Source of the DNA: Vezdaea acicularis
Lineage: Eukaryota
DNA length: 64,000 bases
Reading direction: 5' to 3'
NCBI GenBank assembly: GCA_026025075.1
Contig: JAPEUI010000081.1
Coordinates: 1-64,000, forward strand
The notes under the pieces were generated by a model that saw only the letters and a list, made by a program, of their open reading frames with translations, did no database searches and was not told the DNA's origin. Below, in pieces: positions 48,834 to 60,590 of the stretch (within the stretch, counting starts at the first letter, position 1; each line of letters begins with the position of its first letter). A program made the position numbers and the translations under genes.

Positions 48834-50235
48834 CTACTCCTCCTGCAAAACAACAACCATCTTCTTCCCGCCCGCCTTTCCCTCGCTAAGTAACTTCTCA
48901 GCCTCTAGCACGGCCTCAAAGCCTACCTCGCCTACGACCTTGTACTCCACAGGCTTCAACAGTCCATGCTCGAGAAAGGCTTCTATCTTCGGTATGTAAC
49001 TCGCCACCTCCTTATTCACCTCTGAACCGAGATCGCTCGCGGTGGAGAGGCGCCCGATTGGGCCCAAGCGTACCATGTGGATGGAAACACCTTCGACGGG
49101 AGCGATGGGTACCCTGGATGTATGAATTTAGCATGGGTAGGGGTGGGAGGGGTGAGAATATTAAGAGCGCAATTTACCAGTCGTTGACGGTAGTGAAGTA
49201 CCCCTGTCCACCCATGGTGGAGCTCTTTTTGAGGGCCCTGAGGGCGATGCCGCTGCTTTGAGCGGAAGCGTCGTAGGCGCGGCAAAACTTTCCGCTGGTG
49301 ATAGATTTAATCGTTGCGAGTTGTTCTTCTTCCGGGAGGCGGTGGTTGAAAGTGGCCGATGCGCCTATAGCTTTAGTCGCCTAGGAAAATCAGGGATGAG
49401 GTTCAAGTGCGTGATAGGGGTGATGTGGAAAGGGAGAAAAGGGCAAAGACCCACTGCTTCGCTGCTAGGAGAGCAAGATGCGAGGACTTTGTAGCCTGAA
49501 ATCTTTGCGAGCTGGATAGAGTCAATAAATCGGACGGCCGAATAGCGAGGGGAGAGGAAGAGGACAGCCTACCTGGACAGCAAACTGGCCAACGGAGCCT
49601 GAACCTCCGAATACGATGAGCCATTCATCTTTCTCCGGGGCGTTGCCAGGCTCGGGATAGACGACCCCTAGACCGGCGCAGAGGCCGATGCTGGCGGTCT
49701 GCTTTCGTAAGTAAGGAGTGATGATGGGCTTAGCGTAAAACTCACCAACGAGCCGACTCCAATAGTTGCGGCCTGCTCCACAGTAATCTTGCTGGGCCGC
49801 TTGAAGGTCAATTTATCGTCCATCAAGAACTATAAACACCAAAAGGGTCAGCATTGCGATTCTCATATAGTCCATCTAGACTATCTTTCCCTGATCTGTG
49901 TAACTTCATGGTCTGAAGAGTCAGACTGAGCAACTCACAAACTCCTGAAACGTTCCATGCCCTTGCACGCCTAGCCTTGTGCAGCCAAAGACGTAGTCAC
50001 CCTTCTTCAGGGTCTTCACATCGGCTCCAACCTCAACTACGACTCCGGAGGCATCGACACCGATGACAATGGGCCAGCTGTCAATGAAGAGGCCGCCACG
50101 CATGAACTCATCAACCGGGTTGATTCCTGAAGCGAGGGATTTGACAAGAACTTGATTAGAAGCTGGTTTTGGCACTGGGAGGCCGTCGGCGAGTGTATAG
50201 GCACCATTGGCGGCGGGAAGCTGGACTCCTTTCAT
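48834..50235 (-). CDS. MDR-family (zinc-binding dehydrogenase-like) enoyl/quinone oxidoreductase, multi-exon
   Basis: QVLVKSLASGINPVD...GVDASGVVVEVG...GDYVFG; EQAATIGVG; IVFGGSGSVGQFAVQ (NADPH-binding); C-terminal GKAGGKKMVV. Confidence 0.85.
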
Positions 50236-51742
50236 GTTTAGATAGCTTAGGAGTCAGGCACAAGAAGTGGGCTTGAAAGAGTCAACAGATAGGATTGTTG
50301 TTGAAGCGATGCTTGCTAGAAAAATTACACCTGATAGTGAAAGAACGATGAAGTAAGACCTTCGAGCAAAACTGCCAGGAACCTAGCTATATAAGAATCT
50401 AAGGAAACCAGGTCAGAGAGGGTTGCGAGAGGGGAAGCTCCCGGGGAATTGGCTACCCCTCTCCGACCCCTCCCTCCCCTCTTCGCTTCGTCGTGCGTGG
50501 CATAGGTGCCTATAACTCGACTCGCCCTGCATTCAGCGCCCAATGTCATGTTCAATGACTGTCGGTGGATTGTCGATAGCCTCCGACATACAGGGATTAG
50601 TCAGCCGGGTTAGTCATTCACGACTGACAAAGCAGGGCATGCGTCCCCAGCAGCGCCCAATCATTCTGTGAGTTAGACAGATCGTCGGTAACTTTATGCG
50701 GTTTAGAGTTAGGCGCGGTCATAGTGATAACTCCTTCGAGGCGTTCTATTGGGTGTGCTATGCCACTACCGTATGGACCCTTAACTTGATCCGGTACCCT
50801 TGATGGTGACAAATGTAAGGCAGGATATTGGAAACCTCCTGGTTGAGTGTACTGTACAGTTGATGGTGGCGAAATGTCGGACAAAATACTATGGCCGACG
50901 TATTATGGAGCTCTATTGGGGTACTCCTTTCCCCTTTTGCCTAATTCCCTGAGATCTTAGTTACGTTTTACTCGCTTTCTTCTCCTTTTACCCTCCCATC
51001 CTCACTGGCGGGTTGGAATCGAGCATACAGCGGGGGCCCGTAAGTGTTGCACGTTCGCGAAAATGTGCCTCCCATATTAATCATGCCCTAAGCATGGCGA
51101 TCAACGAATCCATTTGTAAGAAACCTAGCTCACAGATTACCTGGGGAGGTCTTCGATATATCGATTCGATCAATACCTTATCAAGTGGAGGCAGTTCTTG
51201 ATTCTTGGGTGTTATACTATATATTAGCGGTCTCGTAAATGTACAACACTTACAACCCCCCAGTGTAGCTCCTCGTTAAGCTGGTTTATTCGAAACGCTT
51301 TAAGAAACCAAAAGACCAATCCTCGGACAAAAGAAGTCAGAAAGCAACTGTAAAAAGCTATGATGCCCGACCAGTTTCTCTTGTCGACGCTATTGGACAA
51401 GTAGATATATTGGTTAGTAAGGCAAGGAGACCCCCCTTTCAACGCTTTCGAATGTTTTCGCTCTTTCATGTGATTGATAACACAAAAAGTATTCCGATGC
51501 GTTTTTAGAGAGCATAGAGGCATGAAAAGACTGTGAGGTGTATTGCGTTCGGATTGGGAGACTTTGTATAGAGTTCTACTATCCGTTTCTTACTATTCTA
51601 CGAGTAGAAGTATATACTTATCGATGGGAACATTATTCCTATATCGCATAAAAGTGCTTCCTAATAAAAACTTAATACTCTTCCATTGTGAAGCTAGCAA
51701 TTGGCGATGTCAAAGATCGAACTTCATACAAACGATCCCTGT

Positions 51743-52561
51743 TCATTGCAACACGGGCACAATCCATTGCTTCTTGAATCGCTTTTGTATCTCGAGTGCC
51801 TCCAGCGTACTACATGCCCTCTGAATCCGTGCCACAATTTCCATCGGCACTTCCTGCCCATCATCGCCCATAAGAATGATCGCCTCGCACGGCTCAAAGT
51901 TCCACCCTTTCTTCCACACCTTCTGGCTCTTTACGCCCTTAGCAACCGTCTTGAGCAGTTTGAGCGTGACTTTATTATCCTTCTCTGTATTGGAGGGGGC
52001 GAGGCCGACTTTCAGAAGGATGGAATTCCCACCCCATTTACTGCTAGGATCGAGGTATCGGTGCTCGACGACGTCAACGAACCAAGGCGTCCCCTGTACA
52101 TTCGGAATAGTCCATCTTGTGAAGACGATAAGTTTCTGCTGCGCCATCATTTTGTTCGACGACATCACGTTGGCGCCCACCAGCCTTCGCTCCCACCGCT
52201 TTACACTGACAACATTAGCTCCCCCGCTCAAATGACCCACGACAGTCAATGTTGCCTTTTGGCTACTGCTGAGTAGCTTGTCCGGATCGTTGGCATCCAT
52301 ATGCTGTACACGTCGTTGTTTGTTGGCATGTTGCTTGGCCAAGATTTCATGTTGGGCTTGAGAATATAAGGGAAGGAGCGGCAGCTGCGAAAGATGAGCG
52401 TAGGTAGGGTTATAACCGCCTGTCTGTTCACCCTGCTCTGGGATGCCAGCTTCAGCAGCCGCGGTGATGGCAGCGTCGATCCGCCTTGTTGGGAGTTTGT
52501 TGAGCACAGAGAGAGGGGAGGGACCAGAGGAGGGGACGGAGTCGAGGATTTGGTCAGTCAT
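51743..52561 (-). CDS. Hypothetical protein (about 272 aa), no recognised domain
   Basis: Long single ORF with an ordinary globular-like C-terminal half. First ATG used is MTDQILD. Confidence 0.55.
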   Translation of the reverse strand: MTDQILDSVPSSGPSPLSVLNKLPTRRIDAAITAAAEAGIPEQGEQTGGYNPTYAHLSQLPLLPLYSQAQHEILAKQHANKQRRVQHMDANDPDKLLSSSQKATLTVVGHLSGGANVVSVKRWERRLVGANVMSSNKMMAQQKLIVFTRWTIPNVQGTPWFVDVVEHRYLDPSSKWGGNSILLKVGLAPSNTEKDNKVTLKLLKTVAKGVKSQKVWKKGWNFEPCEAIILMGDDGQEVPMEIVARIQRACSTLEALEIQKRFKKQWIVPVLQ

Positions 52562-52923
52562 TGTCGGGTTGATAATGTGCCGTCCGGAGACAGTGATGCA
52601 CACAAGGACGGATGTTGTAATTGATATAAATGAGTAAAAGAAGTTGCTTCTGTCAAGGAATCAGTTCCGGCCTGACTAGACTACACAGTGCCCTCAGGTC
52701 CTGAGGTGACCAAATGCTTCAAAGACCGAATCTTGGACAGATTTCTCCCGCTACTTTTCCATCGTCTTATATTTCTCATTAAGTTTAGCGCTCACAAACA
52801 TGTGGGGATAGAGCCAATCCAGACCTCAACCATGCTTCATAGCCCGCGGTTCTACCAGCAGACTAATGAATGTGATAAAGGATCCATTGGTGGCCTGGGC
52901 AAAGCTTAAGCCAGTCCATACTC

Positions 52924-53020
52924 TTTAGCTGCGTCGAGAAGACGGCATAATCCGCAGAGAGAAAGCTTAGGCCACTCTGTATCATTTAGCTGCATCGAGT
53001 AGACGGCATAACCCGCAAAG
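52924..53020. repeat. Imperfect 36-bp direct repeat, 2 copies, 61-bp period
   Basis: TTTAGCTGCGTCGAGAAGACGGCATAATCCGCAGAG versus TTTAGCTGCATCGAGTAGACGGCATAACCCGCAAAG. Confidence 0.8.
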
Positions 53021-53277
53021 GTTGTTCAGCTGCCAAGGTTGGTGGCGGTGATGGTAGGCTAAGTTAGCAGATATCGCTACTCACAGGGTATTCGAGCCCA
53101 TCCATAGGGATCTTGATTTTGTGTTATAACGTTCCAAGACCCCACCTCAGCGTCTGATTGGGTGGCGAACCTCAGCCTTATCTGGGGATTACAGGACCCG
53201 CACCCTCGGGAAGCACGAGAAGCACCTTGCTCTGCTAGCCAACGTCGCTATCGCATATTTCCATAGAGATACATGTC

Positions 53278-53761
53278 ATGGAGAAGTCAGAGTTCTCAGG
53301 GAGTCATCTGGCCACAAGAATACTCTATCGGACTTGGACTCAGCCTGACTCTCCAACAACGCCGACGCCTGCGCCGACGCCTCCAGCACAAACCAAAATA
53401 CAGTGGACATGCTGCAGCTGTACCGCGAATAACGAGACGGAGTCAAATAAGACCAAACCGTGGAGCTGCGGCCCCTGCTCACACCAAAAGTGCTCAGATT
53501 GTGAGCATGATGCCCTTGAGGGGGTCGGAAGTCATAGAGGAAGTTGGGGAATTAGAACGGTAGACCCGAACATCGTGTATTGGATATGCGTATGTATTCT
53601 AACGTTCATGTCCACGCTCTTGTCTTGGAAACTCTGTTATAACCTCAAAGTAGTGTCAGTGCGGGCAGGAACATGACAAAACTCCTGACAGCTCACGATG
53701 CAACGTCTGCCACCATAGAATTTGCGCCGAATGCACTATTGAACGAAGCTCACGACAATAA
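53278..53761 (+). CDS. Small protein with two WxCCxC...CxxCxHxxCxxC zinc-ribbon-like repeats (2 exons, about 139 aa)
   Basis: WTCCSC...CGPCSHQKCSDC; after intron 53590-53653, YWIC-CQC...CNVCHHRICAEC. Confidence 0.75.
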
Positions 53762-53773
53762 TCGCGCCCCTAT

Positions 53774-55867
53774 TTATGCTACTAGTTCCTCAAACCCGAG
53801 ACCGCTATTATCCTGATTTGCTTCTGCTCTCTTGAGATGTCGGGAACCAAAAATACGCTGGCTGAAGGCATAAAAGATAGTCGGGAAAAAAAGACAGACG
53901 CCTACGATGATGAACTGCTTGAAGCTGGTAGACTTTGGAAGTACTTGCATACTAAAAATGGACTGACATTAGTTAGCAACGAGTATAATACAGAATGATT
54001 ATGTTCAGCAAACCGTAGCTAATTGTAAAGGTAGAAAGATCTTATCATTGTTAAGGATTAGCGGCGTCAACCTTCAGGATGTAAGATATTCTCTTACAAT
54101 AGTGACCAACGTCAGTCGGCCGATGATATTACCCTGTCTGGTTGCAATTCGTTGAAAGTAGGCCGCAACGTGGCTCTGATCTCTTGATGCATGGCTTTCA
54201 ACTAAAGCTGCGACCGCCATTTTCTGATTGTTAAACTGTTAGTGAGGATATCACCGGATCATTATTGTGCTGTCTCACCCCCTGTCGATTGTTGTTCAAG
54301 GTCACGTCGTGCATGGCTATCTTTTGCTCGAGAGATCGGCGAAAGTGTTTAAGCTCGCTCATACTCTCCTCTATATTAGCCACGTAACGCGTCCAAACTG
54401 ATCGACGTGGGCTCTCTCTTGTTAGGTCAAAGTATTGGATTTCTAGCTCGGCAAAATTCTGCCATGACTCAATAGTGGTAGTGAGCGCATCGTTGAGTAA
54501 TCGAAGACGTAAGGCTTTTATCTCGTGTTCTTTAATACCGTTGGACTCATTATCAAAGGCAATATTAAGGTGATGAAGCCAATCATTTGGCTTATTCTGG
54601 AACAACATGTCGTCCTATAAATAAGTTAGAAGTAACGATATCTACTTGGGCTCTTTATAGTACATGAGGTCCTAAACGCTCTTCAAGGCCAGTTATAACG
54701 TGGCGCCACTCACTCATTACTTGCTTTACTCGACGGGATACAACTTTCAAAAAGTATTCCCTTGGATTCCACACTGGGGTCGATACGAAATGGCCACTGC
54801 CAGTTGGACCATCCAATCCATCTTTATGGTAGATTTTGACATTCTCACCACTTTTAAAATAGGTCTCAACGCAGCAGATTGCTGTCCAAAGCCACTCGTC
54901 AAGCCCAAACACAATCACAGATATCATTGCTTGGTGCAGATATAGTGATGTTTCATCCTGGGTTCGAGAAAAGAGTCCACGTCTTCTAAGTAATCGAAAA
55001 TCTTCATCGGAATCAGGTTCACTTCTCAGAGTGTAGTACGGTAGATGGCACTCCATGGCAAATCCAAACCGCTTGGTCGATTCTCTGTCAGCAAAGTCTT
55101 CTCATCTTATTAAAAAGAAAGAAATTCACAGACCAGGGACACGTGTATATAAGTCCTGGAAGTTATGTATCGATTCAAAAAGTCTCGAATAATCTGAGCA
55201 TGTGTTCTGGACGCGGTAGCTATCATAGCAAGGGCACAATGCGGGGTTAGATTTGTAATGAAGCTATCGTATATTAGCATTACCTCTCTCTTGTAATGTT
55301 CATAAGTCATTACAAGACTCTGCGTTGCGCTCGATGTTCTCTCATCTTAAAGTTTTCAGTTTATGCGAGCCAAAAAGTGGAACTCTGTTTGCAAAATACA
55401 ATTACCTTGATTTTCAGCACTTGGTATAGAGATTGGCCATTGTGAATGTCAAATCGTGTGCTACTCTCCTCACCCTCAGGTGGCTTTGTGGCATATGCAT
55501 CCCAATTTCGAGTAGCGTGTTCGCTGGGATCTGCTCCAGATGTTGTGTCACGTCTATCATCTCGAAGGACAATCTCCTCTTTTGCCCCTAGCGGAGGGTG
55601 TTCTGCTGTCAGGTCTGATAGCTTTGCAAGATTCAAAAAGTCCACTAAGGGATTGTAGTAATTAGATATGCTACCAAGATCCAGGACATTCGTTCGATGC
55701 ATGAGCAGTTTATGTATCATTTGAGGTTGGTCCTCATCTCGATCAGAGAAGGCACTTAGTGGCTCATCAACTCGGTCGTACGCTTGCACCTGGCGTATGG
55801 AAAATGGTCTCCCATTCTGATTTCTGAAGTTGCTCGTCTCGCTTTGTTTGTATGCGTCCCAAGACAT
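53774..55867 (-). CDS. CorA-like (2 C-terminal TM) fungal protein, multi-exon
   Basis: Exons include ECHLPYYTLR...HQAMISVIVFGLDEWLWTAICCVETYF...VWNPREYFLKVVSRRVKQV..EW; helical region; spliced end RLTLVTI-IFLPLQLAT-SIFSMQ plus a second TM. Confidence 0.7.
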
Positions 55868-56477
55868 ATTGCTTCTTGAAAGTTGTTCTCTGTACTACGG
55901 ATATGAAAGCGAACCGGCTCAACGAGTGGAAAATAGCAATTGAAGGTGCCTTCGGGGTAGTATTTATTCGAATGCGACCGCGGCCTCATTTTGCTTTTTA
56001 TGTTCGTTTAACTAGGCAAGGCTGAGGAATAAACTTGCATTAAGTGTACGACATTGCGGTGCTCATCGTCCAATCATATGATAGTACGAGAGCTAGAAAG
56101 GCTTAGGCACTTCGATAGGGAGAATTATCTAAAGTATCTCATTACAAGTCAAGAGAAGATTCGTTGGTTTATATTGAGTCAAATTGAGTAACAAGCATGA
56201 AGAGTATAGCGGCGGTAGAATACCAATGGCCCCAATATAGCTAACAGGTGGACGTTAGCTTCTACGTTCCGTAGCATCTCACCGGGCGCCTCTTGATTTC
56301 ATCAAGAGCTCTTTGTTATTTCTAACCAATATTGATGAGCTCCTAATGACAGCTACACTAGTCGATATGCCAGAAAGACTGCCATACATTTAACAACCCT
56401 TTAGGTCCATCCAGAGCGTATAAGCTCTGCTCATGCCCTTCCCCTGGAAACAGGTAATAATTGCAGCATTTTCTCTG

Positions 56478-58505
56478 CTAGGTCTTGAATGTGGCGCTGT
56501 AGCTGAAATTCGTTGGAGCCCCGATTACGTCACTTAGATCTGTGCGGGGAATCAAGTACGGTTGCACCTGGTTCCGAGTCATTGTTCTTTGCTCAAACGC
56601 ATAGGCAAATGAGATAAGGCTAGCCTCACTCCATTTCGGTCCCAGGAAAGTGATACCGAAGCTGTTTGGTATTAGCGATACCCTTCATTGCTGTTATTGG
56701 CCTTAGAGAGCACTCACGGAACATTAGGGCCGGTATTTACCAAGTCCATTCTTGGTGGACTTAAAGAGACGTTTGCCGTTGGTGGATAAAATCCCATAGG
56801 CACGGTAATCCCTGGAGTACCTACCAAAGCAGGTAATCCATATGCAAAATCTGTTGGTAAGATCAAAGCGTCAAGGCTATTATTTGTTATTGCTCCCAAA
56901 ATGCCCCCGATACCTCCCGTTGCCAAATTAGTCTGGTAAGCGGCCCAGAACCTCGGGTCTGTGTTGTTGAAACCTAGCGCTAAGGCTTCATCCCACACAC
57001 CTGTATCGCGGTCCGGGTAGTCTTCTGGGGGAAAAGTTTGAGTGAATTTCCGAACATCTTCCAAGTTGTATACTTTATTAGGATTTGAAGTGAGCTTAGA
57101 AAGGAATTCACCTGGGAGATCAGAGACGAAATCTGCTCCGAGGACAATGTTGGATGCATTTCCATTCAGATACTCGTCAAGCGCATCCGCAGTAATATCC
57201 GTATTGTCAACTATGACAGCGCCAGCCCTCTTGATGACTTTAATAGCAGCTTCAAATGCTGCTAGGACAGGATCGTCCCCAGGCTGCGTCGTTATAACAT
57301 TACGAGGAATGCCTATACGCTTACCCATGAGACCTGAGAAGTTGCAAGCTACGACGTAATCTGGAATTGTCCCATTGTTAGGAATGGCAGACGTATAATT
57401 ATCGTATGGGTCCTTCCCAGCTATGGCTTGTAGAATGTAGGCGGCGTCTTTTACTGTTCGTGCCATGGGACCGACCGTATCTTGACGCTCACTTATTGGT
57501 ACGACCAGAGCTCGCGACGTAAGTCCAACAGTGGGCTTGATACCTACAAGGTTGTTGACCTCACCAGGACTAAGGATGCTCCCACTTGTCTACTACGGTT
57601 AGAATTAATGATGCTTAAGCTGGGCGGGAAACCCACCTCAGTACCAAGTGCAGCAAGGCAAAGTCCAATAGATGCAGCCACTCCACTACCGCTAGAGCTC
57701 CCACTAGGATCTTGGTTCGGATAGTAAGCTCCCGTGACCTGGCCGCCATAGGCACTCCACCCGTTAGACGTATTTGTAGATCTGTAATTTGCCCATTGAC
57801 TAAGATTCGATTTTCCCAGGATGATAACACCAGCTGCTCTCAGCTTTGCGGCTACAGTGGCATCCCGGGGGACTGTAGCTCCATAAAGAGCGAAGGATCC
57901 AGCTACTTTCGTTATTTTTACTTCAACTACGTTTGGAGAAGAATCCTACCTGTATTGGTCATCTTATCGAAAGTAGCAATATTATTTTTAATGAGTAAAG
58001 GTATCCCGTGTAGGGGGCTTATCAAATAAATCAGTCTTCTATGCCTGTTTGCATTGGCAGCTACCTTGAAAGAGGGCTTCTTACCCTCTACTGGTGCCAT
58101 TTGCTCGTTCCGCATCCAATTCGGCAGCAATACTTAGAGCATCAGGGTTTAGCTCCGTCACAGCTCGAAGCGTTGCATTTACTTCACGAATTCTTGTGAA
58201 GTATGCCTATTCAAATTCAGTATATTGGCGACATGGTTACGGGCATGGTCAGGCACAAACTTTTACTAGATCGACGCTCGTGAACAAGTTACTCTCGAGG
58301 CCGACAACTAGCTCTTCTGCCGTAACATTTATTAAACTCGGGAACGGCTTCCCATTGACTGACATAGTTTAGCGCCAATCCAGTTTTTCGGATCGAGAGT
58401 TTACAAACCCAATTCTGATGGGCATGTATACTGTCCTTTGGCGGCCGTAAATAAAAGGAATAACGAGGAAAGAATAAAGACCTTCGAACTTATCTTATAG
58501 GCCAT
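56478..58505 (-). CDS. Secreted amidase-signature family enzyme, multi-exon
   Basis: Signal MAYKISSKVFILSSLFLLFTAAKG; PLHGIPLLIKNNIAT; GSSSGSGVAA...LGTE-TSGSILSP...VGIKPTVGLTSR; GPMARTVKDAA; FAYAFEQRT. Confidence 0.92.
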
Positions 58506-59736
58506 AGTGCCTATTGGACTTGCGGGTGATAATAAAGTAAAACTCAAGCTGGAAAATACTCCGGGGGCCAACGACTCTTTATTGATGGCATGATAAGCCT
58601 AAAAACCGGCATTGAATTTGCCATATCGTTCATCGGACCGCCTGCATTTTGAATCCCTGCAGGACATGGAGATAACGGGGGTCCAGATGTGGGAGATCTT
58701 GAAGCTCAGTGATTTCTCCAAATCAGGAAACTCGGGTAGGTATCTTCCTAGCAGTTTGGAAGGCAATAGACGTCACCACTCTCCAATAGCACCGTTTCGC
58801 ATGAAGCTTCTCGATAAGCGATTCCAGCTTACGAGAGAAGTATTGTCGTGTTATGTCCGTAATACTTCAGGAATAAAGCTGTACCTCGGGGCGGCAATCT
58901 ATCGCGGCTTGTGATAGGTAAGATTGTACCTTCCTAGAGCAGCGAGCCCTATCTTTCTGAGCTTTACCGTCCTGGCTTTGCGTGAGGAGCGTGACTTTAA
59001 TTTATGAGCCGCAGATCATTGCCCTTCGTAGTTGTAGCCTTTTCACTCTATAAAGAAGCACGTGATTAGACCTAGGTGATTTTTCGGTAGCGGTTAGAGG
59101 TACACGTACACGACGTTCCCGAGAGTGGACGTGATCTAAGTTTTAACATGATTGACCGTGCACATGTGTGCAAACAAGACACGTACAGTACATGGGTTAC
59201 CGACTGATGGGAATCATCCCTCAAAATTGAAACGTCTTGTTTCGCATACTGAGACGAGACGAGCCGAGCCGTTGTGTACCACCAGGAAAGACCCGTTCAG
59301 TGACCCGTTCACACCTGTCAGTAATGGCTTAAGTCAAGCCCCAATCGACGGTTGTCGCACCATAGCAGGTTTCGACCGCAGCGCGCTTCAACCGTACCGC
59401 TATGCCTCCCGTTCACAGTCCTACCGGGTGTTGTTGCGGGGCTCAGCTCACATAGACTTTACACTGACCTGACTTATCATTACGCAATTCGTCTCCTGGC
59501 GCAAGACCGAACCGGTTTAAGTATGAAGTGTCAACCCTCTGGTGTTGACCGAAACCGGATGGGTCTCAGTTAACTTGCTCCTACATTCCCGTTGTGATAT
59601 ATGGTGGGAACCGCAACTTTAGAAGGGTCCGCTTGGAGCCTACATTTCTCTTTCTACATCGAAGAATTCTAGCACATATCTACAACCTGTGAGGATGAAG
59701 TCAGAATATTTACGTACAGCCGCGAGCTCTGCGTAT

Positions 59737-60590
59737 ATGCATCCCAAATGGGCAGTTTTTCTCTCTCTTATCTTTGGCGTTTCCTCTTCCGATGCAATAC
59801 CTCTGCCTGAGTCGCCCTCTGGTGGCGCATATGTAAGACCTCGTCTGTCCACCTTAGCCGGCTCTTCATTAATGATTAACAGTATTTATCATGCAGTCCG
59901 TCGGTTTGTCAAAATACTGAACCTGGCGTATTTACCCCTTTCGTATTTGCAGATACCACCTGGGCCGCGTATTGCCCTAGCGAAGCCCAGTGTATTTGCC
60001 CATCTACCGGTGGACGTCCTCGTTGTAATGGACCGAACACTCCCGTAGGCGGCCCTGCACTATGCGAAACCCATTATTGCTCATGCCCTATGGCGGAAGA
60101 TCTTCCTGCTAGCGGAGGTGGAGGTAGTTCAGGCTCCGCGCAAAGCTGTCCTGTTGCACCGGGTGGTAACGCTCAGGTACGTCTTAAGTATCTCTCCAGA
60201 AAACTAATGGATGTCATGACTTATCTCTGGTAGGAGGACTGTGGCATTACGTGGCTCGGAGGGGGATCTGTTAGTCAATGTGGTGGCGAATGCACAAGTG
60301 GGATTCTCTGTACAGCTGGCTGCAAGTGCGCTCCAACTTCATCGATCGATCCCGGAAATATTGGGAACAGCAATCTCGGCGGATTTGCAACTAAATCGAC
60401 TTGTATATTCGGGAAAAAGAAAATGAAAGTGCGAAAACGACAACTAGATGGTACGGACATTGTCCTTGAAGCAGCTCCTTGCACGTGCAATAGCACATAT
60501 CATTCAGAGGCTTGCTGCGATAGTGCGGAGGGCTTGGTGTGGGAGCCAAGACATGCGCAGCTGTTCCCAGTCTTTGGAAAAGAGTTATGA
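59737..60590 (+). CDS. Secreted cysteine-rich protein, 8-Cys family member D (4 exons, about 229 aa)
   Basis: Exons 59737-59832, 59883-59895, 59953-60176 and 60234-60590 give an open frame: signal MHPKWAVFLSLIFGVSSSDA; YLSCNTTWAAYCPSEAQCICPSTGGRPRC...CETHYCSC; QCGGECTSGILCTAGCKC...TC; RKR; PCTCNSTYHSEACCDSAEGLVWEP. Confidence 0.8.

Noticed and set aside
52924..53020. 36-bp direct repeat as a possible CRISPR array
   Set aside because: Only two imperfect copies, eukaryotic context and no cas genes; a local duplication.
44639..58505. Secondary-metabolite cluster (enoyl reductase-like gene plus amidase)
   Set aside because: No PKS, NRPS, terpene cyclase, cluster transcription factor or transporter in the window.
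59150..59575. Possible non-autonomous transposon (GAGAC/GAGCC and ACCG short repeats)
   Set aside because: No convincing terminal inverted repeats or target-site duplication found by eye.
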